Assembly: GCF_009914755.1 (NCBI RefSeq)
Contig: NC_060929.1
Direction: 5' to 3' (one strand)
Source: the human T2T-CHM13v2.0 reference genome, Homo sapiens
Length of the DNA stretch: 64,000 nucleotides
The translations under genes were made by a program, and so were the position numbers. The notes below the pieces were generated by a model that was given only the letters and a program-made list of their open reading frames with translations, made no database searches and was not told the origin of the DNA. The stretch's first letter is position 1. Each line of letters starts with the position of its first letter. Positions 13,856-32,995 of the stretch are shown here, piece by piece.

Positions 13856-15708
13856 AAAAATTAACTATAACCAAAAACAAACATTTAGTAATAATTATTT
13901 AATTATTCATTGTAAAGTAATGAATGTACATGGAATTAAAATTTTAAACATCATAGAAGCCATTAAATTTAAAGTAAAATTGAAATAAATAATTAAAGTT
14001 AATTTCTCTCTCCCCATGCTTTGCTCCTGGTCCCTTTCTTACAGGTGGATTTTTAAAAATGTTTTCCCTTTTTGGTTTTTATTACCTCCATTAATCTAAA
14101 TAATATCCTTATAACTGTATGTTTTGAGTTTTAAATTTTCCTGGGTGATTACTAAACTTTATTAGAGATTATTTACCTGATTTAAATCTGGGAACAATTT
14201 GTCCCAGTGTTTGGGGTTTAGGGGGTAACACATGGACGGTTCTTTAATCAATTCCCTCATTTCCTATTTCTCCTCCCACATCTGTTATCCTGCTCTCATT
14301 ATTTGCTGTTTTGTGCTGGTGTTTCTCTGGAAGGAAAAACATTCTCACTTCTGTTTCAGTCATTCCTTCTGTGAGCTCTGGGGTACAGCTCCCTGTGCTT
14401 TAGTTTATTCACCACTACCAAACCATCTACTTTTTATCTTCCTGAAATGTGCCAAACTCTTTGACCCACTGATGTCCCCTAATATAATTCTCATCACTTT
14501 TTCTTTATAGTAATTTCAATGTGCTTCAAAAGGAAAAAAAAGTTTATGTTTTGTCTACCATAATTAATGAAAAGTTATCACATAGCAAACATTTACCAAT
14601 AGCACTTATTGATGAAATTCATTTCCCAAGTAATTCTTATGCACAAGGAACACATCCAAATTCAAGAAACAAATAAGAAAAATTCAAAAAAAATCCACAC
14701 CAAGACATATTAAAATTGGCATATGGATACCAAAACATTAAAATTGGCAACAATCAAGACAAAGTTTTGAAAGTAGCAAAAGTAAAACAACTTGTCACAT
14801 ACTAGGGCAGCACCATAAACCTCCCATGGATTTCTCAGCAAAACATTGCTGGCCAGAAAAATGTGGGACTTAAATGCTGAAATAAAGGAAAAAAAATAAC
14901 CTGACAACCAAGAATATTATAGCTGGAAAAACCGTCTTTCAAAAGTGAAGCAGAAATAAAGATTTTCCCAGACAAGTAAAAGCTGAGGAAGTTCATCATC
15001 ACTAGATCCACCTTAAAAGAAATGCTAAAGGGAGTTCTTCCAGTTAACATGAAAGGATGTCAAATGGATATATGAAAGTATGTAAAAGTATAAAACTTAC
15101 TGAAAGAAGCAGATATAAAGAAAAATACAGAATACTGTAATATCATAATGATGGTGGGTAAATCACTTTTAATTCTAGTATAAAAGTTAAAAGACAAAAG
15201 TATTAAAAATCACAATAAATAAAAATATGTTAAAAGAAACAATATGAATACAGGTAACTTGTGACAATAATAACAAAGTATATGTATGAAGGAGAGAAGT
15301 TAAAGTAGAGAGTTTTATATGTGATTGAAGTTGAGTTGTTTACAGTTTAAAATAGATTGTTATAACAATAAGTTGTTTTATGTAAGCCTGGTGGTAACCA
15401 CGAAGAAAACATCTACATAAACGAGAAAGAAATCAAAGCATATCAATACCAAAAACTCAATGTAACATAAAGGAAGACAGCAAGAGAAGAAAAGGTACAA
15501 AAGAATCACAAAACAGAAAACTATTAACAGAATGGCAACAGTAAGTTGTTCTCTAACACTCACTTGAAATGTTAATGGAATGACCTCTTCAATCAAAAGA
15601 CACAGAGTAACTGACTGGGTAGACAAAAAGATTCAACTATATGCTGTGCTCAACAGATTCACCTGAGATTTTAGGAGACACATAGGCTAAAATTGAAAAG
15701 ATAAAAAT

Positions 15709-15783
15709 ATGTGTGTGTGCGTGCACATGTGTGTGTATATGTATATACGTATATATACATATATATATATATACACATACACA
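15709..15783. repeat. (TG)n/(TA)n compound microsatellite inside the L1
   Basis: Read directly; a second short (TA)n lies at ~15936-15952. Confidence 0.9.
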
Positions 15784-17391
15784 TCCTATGCAAATAATGA
15801 CCAAAAGAAAGCATGGTGGCTATACTTATATCAAACAAAATAGACTTTAAGTCAAAAACTGTCTCAAGATAGAGGAAAACATAGAATGATAAAAGGGTCA
15901 ACTCACCGGGAAGATATCACAATTATGTGTGTGCATATATATATATATATATGCACTAAACATCAGAGCACCTAAATATGTAAAGCAAACATGAACAGAA
16001 ATAAAAGGGAAAACACAGAAACACAATAATAATAGGAGACTTCAGTACTCCACTTTCAATAATGGGTAGAAGAGTTAGACAATCAATAAGGACACAGGTG
16101 GACTTGAACAACATGTTAGACTAAATGGGCCTAATAGACATATACAGAACATTCCATGCAACAGCAATTGAACATTCTTGCCAAGTGTACATGCAATTTT
16201 CTCCAGGATAGATCATGTTAGGTAACAAAACCAATCTTAACAGACTTACGAAGAGTCAAATCATGCTGAGTTTCTTTACTGATCATGATAGAGTGAGACT
16301 AGAAATTAATAGCAGAAGGGAAACTGGAAAATCTATGAATATGTGGAAAGTTAAAACATACTCTTGAATAACCAATGGTTCAAAGAATAAATAAAAAATC
16401 AAATTTAAAATATATTGAGACAAATTAAAACAATAACACAACATACCAAAACGTATAGGATGCAGCAAAAGCAGTACTAAGAGGACATTTATAGCAATAA
16501 ACATCTATATTAAAAAGAAGAAAGATTTCAAATAAATTACCTAACTTTATACCTCAAAGAACTAGAAAAACAAAATAAGCCCAAAGGTAGGAGGAGAGAA
16601 ATAATAAAGATTAAAGCAGAAATAAATAAAACAGAGAATAGAAAAATAGAAAATAGCAACAAAATAAGATTTGATTTTTTAAAAGATAAGCAAAATTGAC
16701 AAATCTTTAGTTAGATTAAGAGAGGGATTCCAACAAATAAAATCATAAATGAAAGTGGAGATACTATAACAGATGTCTCAGAAATAAAAATGACCATAAG
16801 TGACTATTATGAACAATTATATGCCAACAAATTGGATAACCTAGAAGAAATGCATAAATTATGATAAACATATAACCTATCAAGACTGAATAATACATAA
16901 ATAGAAAATCTGAACAGATCTATAAATAGTAAGTAAATTGAATTAGTAGCCAAAATCTTTCTAATAAAAACAAAGCCCAGGACCAGATGACTTCAAGTGT
17001 TGAATTCTATCAAACTTCTAAAAACTTAACATTAATCCTTCTCAATTCTTCCTAAAAATCAAAGAACACAAAACACTTTCAAACTTATTTTATGAGATCA
17101 GCACTACCCTGATACTAAAGCCAGGCAAAAAAAAATGATATTTAAAAAAGAAAACCACAGGTTAATATGTCTGGTTAACATAGATGAAAAAAAATCCTCC
17201 ACAAAATACTAGCAAACCAAATTCAACAACATATTAAAGGTATACCCCATGACCAAGTAACATTTATTTCTTGGATGCAAGGATAGTTTACCATATGCAT
17301 ATCAATAAATGTGATATACCACATTAACCAAATGAAGGGCAAAAACACATGATCATTTCAACAAATGCAGAAAAAACATTTGACAAATTTC

Positions 17392-19096
<1,705 letters not shown>

Positions 19097-19161
19097 ACAA
19101 ATTTCAACACTTTTTCATGATAAAAACTCTCAACAAAACAAGAAGATAAGAAAATAACCTC

Positions 19162-19603
19162 TTTATAGCAGCATGATTTATAGTCCTTTGGGTATATACC
19201 CAGTAATGGGATGGCTGGATTAAGAAAATGTGGCATATATACGCCATGGAATACTATGCAGCCATAAAAAATGATGAGTTCATGTCCTTTGTAGGGACAT
19301 GGATGAAATTGGAAATCATCATTCTCAGTAAACTATCGAAAGAACAAAAAACCAAACACCACATATTCTCACTCATAGGTGGGAATTGAACAATGAGAAC
19401 ACATGGACACAGGAAGGGGAACATCACACTCTGGGGACTGTTGTGGGGTGGGGGGAGGGATAGCATTGGGAGATACACCTAATGCTAGATGACGAGTTAG
19501 TGGGTGCAGCGCACCAGCACGGCACATGCATACATATGTAACTAACCTGCACATTGTGTACATGTACCCTAAAACTTGAAGTATAAAAAAAAAGAAAAAG
19601 AAA
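19162..19603 (+). mobile_element. Young L1PA2/L1PA3-type 3' fragment with 5' inversion (twin priming)
   Basis: 19162-~19217 is reverse-complement L1 sequence, followed by forward 3'UTR (gcattgggagatacacctaatgctagatgacgagttagtgg) and poly(A). 14 bp TSD aagaaaataacctc at 19148-19161 and 19604-19617. Confidence 0.93.
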
Positions 19604-20365
19604 AAGAAAATAACCTCAACACGATACAGATCATATATGAAAAAATGCAGTTAATATTTTTCACAATGGTGAAAAGTTGAAAGCTTTCCCTCTAGGATCA
19701 GGAATAAGACCAGGATGCCTACTCTTGTGACATAGTACTGAAAGTCCTAGCCAGAGCAATTAGGGATGACAAAGAAACAAAAAGTCTCCAAATCAGAAAG
19801 GAAGCAATAAAATTAACTCTGTTTGCACGTGGCATGATCTTATCTGTATAAAACTCTAAAGATTTAACATACACACTCAAAATATAAAAAGCATAGAACT
19901 AGAAATCAAAGTCAAAAATGTTGGATCATACAAGATCAACATATAAAAATCAGTGATATTTCTATACATAAACAATTAAGAAAACAACCCCATTTACAAT
20001 GACATAAAACATAAACTACTAAGAAATAAACTTACTTAAGGAGCTGAAATACTTATACATTAAAGACAATGAAATATGGATAAAAGAAATTAAAACACAC
20101 ACAAACAAAAATACGTCCCGTGTTTATTGACTGCAAAATTCAACATTGTTAAAATATCCGTATTACCCAAAATGATTTACAGATTCAGTGCAATCCCTAT
20201 TGAAATCTCATTGGCAGTTTTTTTCAGAAACAGAAAAAAACAATTCAAAAATTAATATGAAACCACAAAAGACCCAAATTGCCAAAATGGTCTTGAGAAA
20301 AGAACAAAGCTAGAGGCATAACATTTTCTGATTTCAAAATGAATTATAAAACTAAAGTAACATCA

Positions 20366-21258
20366 GAGGAGCCAAGATGGCCGAATAGGCACAGCTCCGG
20401 TCTACAGCTCCCAGCATGAGCGACACAGAAGATGGGTGATTTCTACATTTCCATCTGAGGTATCGGGTTCATCTCACTAGACAGTGGGCGCAGGTCAGTG
20501 GGTGCGTGCACCGTGCGTGCATGAGCTGAAGCAGGGCGAGGCATTGCCTCACTCAGGAAGCGCAGGGGGTCAGGGAGTTCCCATTCCTAGTCAAAGAAAG
20601 GGGTGACAGACGGCACCTGGAAGATTTGGTCACTCCCACCCGAATACTGCGCTTTTCCGACGGGCTTAAAAAACGGCGCACCAGGAGATTGTGTCCCGCA
20701 CCTGGCTCGGAGGGTCCTAAGCCCACGGAGGCTGATTGCTAGCACAGCAGTCTGGGATCAAACTGCAAGCCGGCAGCTAGGCTGGGGGAGGGGCGCCCGC
20801 CATTGCCCAGGCTTGCTTAGGTAAACAAAGCAGCCAGGAAGCTCGAACTGGGTGGAGCGCACCACAGCTCAAGGAGGCCTGCCTGCCTCTGTAGGATCCA
20901 TCTCTGGGGGCAGGGCACAGACAAACAAAAAGACAGCAGTAACCTCTGCAGACTTAAGTGTCCCTGTCTGACAGCTTTGAAGAGACCAGTGGTTCTCCCA
21001 GCACGCAGCTGTAGATCTGAGAAAGGGCAGACTGCCTCCTCAAGTGGGTCCCTGACCCCTGACCCCCGAGCAGCCTAACTGGGAGGTACCCCCTAGCAGG
21101 GGCAGACTGACACCTCACATGCCCAGGTACTCCAACAGACCTGCAGCTGAGGGTCCTGTCTGTTAGAAGGAAAACTAACAAACAGGAAGGACATCCACAC
21201 CAAAAACCCATCTGTACATCACCATCATCAAAGACCAAAAGTAGATAAAACCACAAAG
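20366..21258 (+). promoter_or_regulatory. L1 5'UTR internal promoter (sense and antisense) with YY1 motif
   Basis: YY1 site 'caagatggcc' at ~20373-20382; elevated CpG relative to the rest of the window. Confidence 0.85.
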
Positions 21259-22275
21259 ATGGGGGAAAAACAGAGCAGAAAAACTGGAAACTCTAAAAAG
21301 CAGAGTGCCTCTCCTCCTCCAAAGGAACGCAGCTCCTCACCAGCAACGGAACAAAGCTGGACGGAGAATGACTTTGATGAGCTGAGAGAAGAAGGCTTCA
21401 GATGATAGAATTACTCCGAGCTACAGGAGGACATTCAAACCAAAGGCAAAGAAGTTGAAAACTTTGAAAAAAATTTAGAAGAATATATAACTAGAATAAC
21501 CAATACAGAGAAGTGCTTAAAGGAGCTGATGGAGCTGAAAACCAAGGCTCGACAACTACGTGAAGAATGCAGAAGCCTCAGCAGACAATGCGATCAACTG
21601 GAAGAAAGGGTATCAGTAATGGAAGATGAAATGAATGAAATGAAGCAAGAAGGGAAGTTTAGAGATAAAAGAATAAAAAGAAATGAGCAAAGCCTCCAAG
21701 AAATATGGGACTATGTGAAAAGACCAAATCTACGTCTCATTGGTGTACCTGAAAGTGACATGGAGAATGGAACCAAGTTGGAAAACACTCTGCAGGATAT
21801 TATCCAGGAGAACTTCCCCAATCTAGCAAGGCAGGCCAACATTCAGATTCAAGAAATACAGAGAATGCCACAAAGATAATCCTCAAGAAGAGCAACTCGA
21901 AGACACATAATTGTCAGATTCACCAAAGTTGAAATGAAGGAAAAAATGTTAAGGGCAGCCAGAGAGAAAGGTCGGGTTACCCTCAAAGGGAAGCCCATCA
22001 GACTTACAGCTGATCTCTCCGCAGAAACTCTACAAGCCAGAAGAGAGTGGGGGCCAATATTCAACATTCTTAAAGAAAAGAATTTTCAACCCAGAATTTC
22101 ATATCCAGCCAAACTAAGCTTCATAAGTGAAGGAGAAATAAAATACTTTACAGAGAAGCAAATGCTCAGAGATTTTGTCACCACCAGGCCTGCCCTAAAA
22201 GAGCTCCTGAAGGAAGCACTAAACATGGAAAGGAACAACCAGTACCAGCCACTGCAAAATCATGCCAAAATGTAA
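21259..22275 (+). pseudogene. L1 ORF1p (disrupted)
   Basis: ATG at 21259. Fragments MELKTKAR...RPNLRLIGVPE and MKEKMLRAAREKG...QNHAKM. Premature stops near 21403 and 21877. Confidence 0.95.
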
Positions 22276-22338
22276 CAATCATCGAGACGTGGAAGAAACT
22301 GCATCAACTAATGAGCAAAATAACCAGGTAACATCATA

Positions 22339-26153
<3,815 letters not shown>

Positions 26154-26390
26154 ACAATGAGAACACCTGGACACAGGAAGGGGAACATCACACTCTGGGT
26201 ACTGTTGTGGGGTGGGGGAAGGGGGGAGGGATAGCATTAGGAGATATACCTAATGTAAATGATGAGTTAATGGGTGCAGCACACCAACATGGTGCATGTA
26301 TACATATGTAACAATCCTGCACGTTGTGCACATGCACCCTAGAACTTAAAGTATAATTTAAAAAAAAATAGTCCAAAACATTTCCCCCCC

Positions 26391-27693
26391 AAAAAAAAAC
26401 AAGCAATGGGAAAAGGATTCCCTATTTAATAAATGGTGCTTGGAGAACTGGCTAGCCATATGCAGAAAATTGAAACTGGACCCCTTCCTTACACCTTACA
26501 CAAAAATCAACTCAAGATGGATAGAAGACTTATATGTAAAACCCAAAACTGTAAAAACCCTAGAAGAAAATCTAGACAATACCATTCAAGAAACAGACAC
26601 AGCAAAGATTTCATAATGAAAACCCCAGAAGCAATTGCAACAAAAGCAAAAATTGACAAACAGGACCTAATTAAACCAAAGAGCTTCTGCACAGCAAAAG
26701 AAACTATCATCAGAGTGAACAACCTACAGGATAGGAGAAAGTTTTTGCAATCTATTCATCTGACAAAGATCTAATATCCAGAGTCTACAAGGAACTTAAA
26801 CAAATTTACAAGAAAAAACAAACAACCCCATTAAAAAGTGGACAAAGGTCATGAACAGACACTTCTCAAAAGAGATATTTATGTGGCCAACAAACATATA
26901 AAAGAAGTTCAACATCACTGATCATTAGAGAAATGCAATTCAAAACCACAATGAGATATAATCTCATGACAATCAGAATGGTGAATATTAAAAAGTCCAG
27001 AAAAAACAGATACTGGCAAGGTTGTGGAGAAAAAGAAATGCTTTTACACTGTTGGTGGGAGTGTAAATTAGTTCAACCATTGTGGAAAACAGTGTGGTGA
27101 TTCCTCAAAGACCTAAAGGCAGAAATACCATTTTACCCATTGGTATTCGATACCCAGTAATCCCATTAGTGGGCATACACCCAAAAGAATAGAAATTAAT
27201 GTATTATAAATATACATGCACACGTATGTTCACTGCAGCAGTATTCATAATAGCAAAGACATGGAATCAACCCAAATGCCCATCAATGATAGACTGGATA
27301 AAGAAAATGTGGTACACATGCACCATGGAATACTATGCAGCCGTAAAAAGGAACAAGATTATGTCCTTTGCAGGGACATGGATGGAGCTGGAAGCCATTA
27401 TCCTCAGCAAACTAACACCAGAACAGAAAACCAAACACCACATGTTCTCACTTATAAGTTGGAGCTAAACAATGAGAAGACATGAAGGGGAACAACACAC
27501 ACTGGAGGCCTATTGGGAACATGGAGTGGAGAGGAAGAGCATCGGAAAGAATAACTAATGGATGCTGGGCTTAATACCTGTGTGATGGGTTGATCTGTGC
27601 AGCAAATCACCATGGCACACGTTTACCTGCGTAACAAACATGCACAGCCTTCACATGTACCCCAGAACATAAAAGCTAAAGGAAAAAAAAAAA
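26391..27693 (+). mobile_element. Older L1PA 3' portion (3' end L1PA14-like)
   Basis: ORF2 C-terminal DNA; 3'UTR 'aataactaatggatgctgggcttaatacct...gatctgtgcagcaaatcaccatgg'; poly(A). Confidence 0.85.
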
Positions 27694-28095
27694 AGAAAAT
27701 ATAGTACATCTATACCATGGAATACTATGCAGCCACTAAAAAAGAGAGATTATATTCTTTGCAGGAATGTTTGCAGGAACATAGTTGGAGCTGAAGGCCA
27801 TTATCCTCAGCGAACTAATGCAGTAACAGAAAACCAAATACTGCATGTTCTCATCTGTAAGTGGGAGCTAAATGATGAGAACACGTGGACACAAAGATGG
27901 GAACAACAGACACTGGAGCCTATTTGAGGGTGGAGGCCGGGAGGAGGGAGAGGATCAGGAATAATAACTAATAGGTACTAGGCTCAATACTTGGGTGATG
28001 AAATAATCGTTACAACAAACCCCCATGACACAAGTTCACCTGTATAACAAACCTGCACATGTACCCCTGAACTTAAAAGTTGAGAAAAAAAAAAA
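27694..28095 (+). mobile_element. L1PA15-like 3' end
   Basis: 'gagaggatcaggaataataactaataggtactagg...acaaacccccatgacacaag'; poly(A) at ~28085-28095. Confidence 0.8.
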
Positions 28096-28199
28096 CTTAG
28101 GACAATTGAGTCACTGAACATGAGAAGCTTTCTAAGAAGACAGAAGAAAAATGAAAAGAAATTGAAGCAATAAAATAAAACAGTAGGTTATTCTATTCA

Positions 28200-29401
28200 A
28201 TAACTCCTGCAGCAAAACTGAAATTAGAGAATAAATGTTAAAAACCATGAAAATGCTAAAACTGTATTCAGAAGGAAATTCAGAGCATTAACAATTTTTC
28301 TTAAACACAGAGTACAGAAAATAAGTAAAATTTGAGAGTAGAAGCTAAAGAGTAACAGAACAAAATACTGTATGCTAATTTTAGAAATCAAAAAGTAAAA
28401 GATACATTACAAAAGTCATTTGTGGGAAAATTTATTATACCAAGATAATGTAGAATTTTTAATTTATACAAACTTGGCTCTCATAAAATAAAATATTAAT
28501 GTAAAATATTTTTAAAGAATAAAAAATGTACCTACAAAAAGCAGAAAAAGAACTAAGAATTAAATGCTGAGTATATAGTAGATTAAAAACAGGAACAGTA
28601 GGATAAGTATATAAACTCAAAAACTTGTTCCTTTAAGAAGAAAAACCACAATATGAAATGGCAAACTTAATGAAAAAAAGAAGGAAGGCACTAATATATA
28701 ACAATTAGAATAAGAAATACAGGGATAAAAACTATCATTTATGTGCAGCTGTCTACGTACCAGAGACTTTGTTGAGTACTTTACAATCATTAGAAAATTT
28801 AAAACTACAACCTTATCAGGTAGATACTTGTATTCCAATTTTCCAGAGTAAACTGAGCCTCAGAGCATTAAGAAACTTGTTCTAGCCACAAAGCCAGGAA
28901 ATGATAATGCCATTATTGGAATCCTAGAAGACTTGTAACTTGCAATATTGAACACTATGGAGATTAACACCAAATTAGAGAAAGTTATTTAAATTATGAG
29001 AGAATCCTGTGTGCAAGTCCACTGAAAAATCAAAAACTTCAGTGAAAAGAATACATTTCTTAAAAAAGTAAATTATCAAAATTTACAGAACATTTGATAA
29101 AAAGATCATCTCAAGTCAAAACCAACCTTAAAACCTGCATTTTAAATGCTCTAAATCTATGTATTGTTAGGAATAAGTTCTAGAATGCATTTAACTGGTC
29201 AATCATCCTTAGCCTATTTATTCTCTTCCAGAACAGAGAAAACAATGAAAAACTCCGTGATTTGTATGAAGCCAACATAATTAGCTGTATCATAGACTAA
29301 ACATAGGTACCACAAAAAAAGGAGAATGAAGGTAAACATAATTATGAATATTTTACACAGAATTCACAAATAAAATATTAGCAAGTTAAATCCGTTAGTG
29401 C
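28200..29401 (+). mobile_element. Very old L1 (L1ME-type) ORF2 relics with an intervening MIR (~28740-28930)
   Basis: A-rich degenerate ORF2-like DNA ('aaactgtattcagaaggaaattcagagcattaa', 'aaataaaatattagcaag'); MIR core 'gtaaactgagcctcagag'. Confidence 0.55.
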
Positions 29402-29409
29402 AAAGCTTG

Positions 29410-29900
29410 TCCAGAAAACTGTTGGCAGGTGTGCAGGGGAGTGGTAATTTATCTCAGCCCATGAGGCAACAGGACAAGGCTTGAGCAGCTTGAGCCCCAA
29501 CACCTTTTGCCTCAGACAGTGATGATCTTGGTGGTGGGTTCAAAGATCTGAGCTGGGTGAGTGGGTGAGATGAGGGTGGCATGCCCAGCTGCTGTCACAG
29601 ATGAAAATCAAGATGAGGGATGAGCTATACCTGGCACTTGCTGCTCTGCCACAGCTTGCTGAGCATGGGCAAGTTGCTGCTTTCACTGGACATCTACTTC
29701 AGCGGTCAGATGACTGCTCAGGGATGTGTGTCCCATTCCTAATGGTGACAGAGAATCCCAGGGGCACATTTCTGGGCTGTGGACCCATATGTTTGTGGCA
29801 TATGCTCTCTCTAGAGGTCTTTAAACTAATGATGTGATGTTCTTATAATGCAGTAGGTTCTCCAAATAAAAGCTCCACCATGATTTTGAAATACTGTTAA
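29410..29900 (+). other. Unidentified GC-richer insert with retrocopy hallmarks
   Basis: AATAAA at 29865-29870, short A run at 29899-29903, candidate TSD aaagcttg (29402-29409) / aaagtttg (29901-29908). Parent not recognised. Confidence 0.4.
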
Positions 29901-30095
29901 AAAGTTTGGTTGGATTCAAAGCCCACTCACATTATGGTAAGAAATGTCAACATTACATTTATCAATGAAACAAAGGAAAACTTTAGCTTGAAATATAATT
30001 TCAGTGGTTACAATGTAAAACATTTCAGTGGATGTAAAGTATGTTTTAGAATGTATTACCTGCCTATGTTAATAAAGTTTTTTGTTGATGATGAC

Positions 30096-30498
30096 TGCTG
30101 TGGTTTAAATGTTTGCATTCCCTCCAATATTAATGTTAAAACTTAATCGTCAATGTAACAGTATTAAGAGATGGGGCCTTTACGTGGTGATTAAGTTAGG
30201 AGGGCAGAGCCCTCACTAACAGGGTTAGTGACTTTATAAGGAATGGAGGGAACTAGCTAGACCCTTTTGCTCTTCTGTCTCTTCTGCTATCTCAGGACTC
30301 AGCATTTGTCCCCTATGGAGGATGTAGGAACAAGATGCCATCTTAGAAGCAGAGGCTAGGTCCTCACCAGACACTGAAACTGACATTATCTTGACCTTGG
30401 ATTTCCCGGTCTGAAGAACTGTGAGAAATAAACTTCTATTCTTTATAAATGAACCAGCCTCGGGTATTTTGCTATAGTAGCACAAATGAACTAAGACA
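30096..30498 (+). mobile_element. MST-type MaLR solo LTR
   Basis: tgctgtggtttaaatg...gaactaagaca; TSD atgac/atgtc. Confidence 0.85.
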
Positions 30499-31246
30499 AT
30501 GTCCTACAAAAATTTAAAGAGAACACAACCAAGCCTTCATCAGAAAATTATGTGTAATGTTTTCAAGCACAAATGCTAGTACATATTTACAATAAAAGTT
30601 ATGTCCATGGGAGCAAGATAAACTTCATCATAGTAAATCCAGAAATAATTTATTTGGAAGTTGGAAGTTTTAATTCAAATTTAAGGATAAATATCATTAT
30701 ATTAATATCATTTATTATAAAAATATAATTTTTTTTCATATTTCATATAGGTGACCTCCAACCTCCTGTAGTTTACCTTGGGCTATCATACAAGTACTAC
30801 TATTTTCTATGTGTGCCCTGACCCTGATATAAGACAGGATGTATAAAACGTTAGTAGTAAATTAAATGAATCATAATAATAAATCACAATAAGATGTATT
30901 CCCAGTAATAGAACTATTAGAAAATCAGTTATAACATCTACATGTCAATGAAGAAAAGTGCTGTCTGCCTTAAATTGGCAAGATTACAAATAATGACCAT
31001 GTGCAATTTGGGATCCTTGTGACAAAACAAACACCATGACACGCTTTTGTGTACTACCTAGCATTTCCAAGATTTCAACTTAAAATAATAATTGAACAAG
31101 AGAACAGATATCTATGTTCAAGGTTGTTCCAATTTTTAAAACAACTAAAACTTGAAAAATTCAGTGTCCAACAATAAGAAACTAGTTAAAGGTGACACAC
31201 CCATAATATTAAAACACTGTACAGCCATTAAGAGACATCAAGTAAA

Positions 31247-31807
31247 TGTGTTCAAGTTATCTTGCTATATAAGATATTCCAAAACATAATGACTAAAAAC
31301 AGCAACAGCATTTCTTTCCTTACAACTATGCCATTTGTTCAGGGCTCATCAGAAACGACTCTGCTCTACTTAGAGTCATTTCAGGTGGCTAAAATGTTGG
31401 GGACCGAAATCATCATGTATCTCTGGTGATTGGCTGGTATAAGCCAAGCATTTGAGAGCTGGAATAGCTGTGGCTCCTTGGGCAATTTTTTCTTTAATAT
31501 GGTTTTTCCACGTGTTCTCTCCAGCATGTCTGTTTCAGAATAGCCAGACTTCTTACATTGCTGACTCAGGGATTCCTGCATAGGTACATTTTCCAAAAGA
31601 GAAAGAGCCAAACAGAAGCTGTGTCACCTTTTATGACCCAACCTCAGAATTAACATGGTATCATTCTGCCATATAAAATCCTTTAGAATCAAGTCACTAA
31701 GTCTAGCCCATATTCAAATAGGAGGAGAATTAAACTCTAATTTGTGATGGGATGGGATGAAATGGAAGTGTCAAATAATTTATGAAAATGTTTTAAAACA
31801 TCAACAA
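31247..31807 (-). mobile_element. MLT1 (F/G/H-like) LTR
   Basis: Reverse-orientation MLT1 motifs 'ttctctccagcatg...agccagacttcttacat' and 'aagtcactaagtctagcccatattcaa'. Confidence 0.7.
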
Positions 31808-32331
31808 GATGTATATTTATTGACTTCCTAAAAAGTTATATATTATGAATAAAAATGTAACAAATATATATGCATGTTACTGCTACATATGGATTTATAG
31901 ATATATATGAATGTGTAAATATCTAGTAAGCTAAATATAATCTCAAGGTTATGCACCAAAGAATTAGGAGTCTTCATATGTGGGTGGGAAGCTCAAAAGG
32001 CAAATTTACTTATTTTGGTTTCTCTGTAATTCTAATAAATATATACCACTGCAAAATTTAGTAACTATAAATAATAAAAAAATTGAGCAAAAATGTGAAG
32101 CATATCTCAAATAAATTTTTTAACTTTTTTAGAGTCCTGAAATAGTCACCTTCTTTTCAACTGCCTAAAACCTGTAAAGAAGAAATTCTGCAACAACAGA
32201 GGAAAAGTGTGATAAGAATCCAAGCAATTTTATTTGTTTAAATCTTCAGCCCCTTTTCCATATTCATGGTAGGCTCATATTGAATTCCCAGAAGTCTTAT
32301 TTTTCAGGCCTGAGAAAGCAATATTGGCCAC

Positions 32332-32798
32332 TGTAGTGGGTTGAATTATGTTCCCCCCAAAGATACATCTAGTCCTAGCCCCTGGTACTTGTGAACGAGA
32401 CCTTATTTAGAGACAGAATCTTTGCAGGTTTAATTTAGTTAAGGATCTCAGCAGATTAGCCTGGATTTAGGGTTGTCCCCTGATACAATCACTGGTATCC
32501 TTGCAAGAGAAAGGAGAGAGAGATTTGAGACACAGAGGGGAAAGCCATGTGAAGAGAAAAGCAGAGTTTGGAGTGATGAGTCTACACACCAAGGAACACA
32601 AAGGACTACCAGCTGCTACCAGAAGCTAGGAGAGGGGAAAGAAACAGATTCTTCCCTAGAGCCTCTAGAAGAAAGAAACACCAATAATATCTTGATTTTT
32701 TTATTTCTGGCTCCAGAACTGTGACAGAATAAATTTCTGTTGTTTGAAGCTACCCAGTTTATGGTAATTTATTACAGCAGTCTTAGGAAGTTAATACA
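32332..32798 (+). mobile_element. MLT1C/D-like solo LTR
   Basis: tgtagtgggttgaatt...gttaataca; TSD gccac/accac. Confidence 0.85.
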
Positions 32799-32995
32799 AC
32801 CACCATTATATCCATATACGTCATATCATTGTCAGCTTCAAGATCCCAGTAGGCTGCTCTGTAACGGAAGACAAAGAGCCTGGGAAAATTTAATCTGCTC
32901 ATTAACCAAGGGAACAAGAGAATAACAGGGATACACTCTAGATAGGACAGGCCTGCTGCAGCATGCCTGAAGCTCTAATACATGCAGGCTGCCTA

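Noticed and set aside
20777-20803. L1 antisense ORF0
   Set aside because: The ATG is present (MAGAPPPA) but codon 9 is TAG, so ORF0 is truncated.
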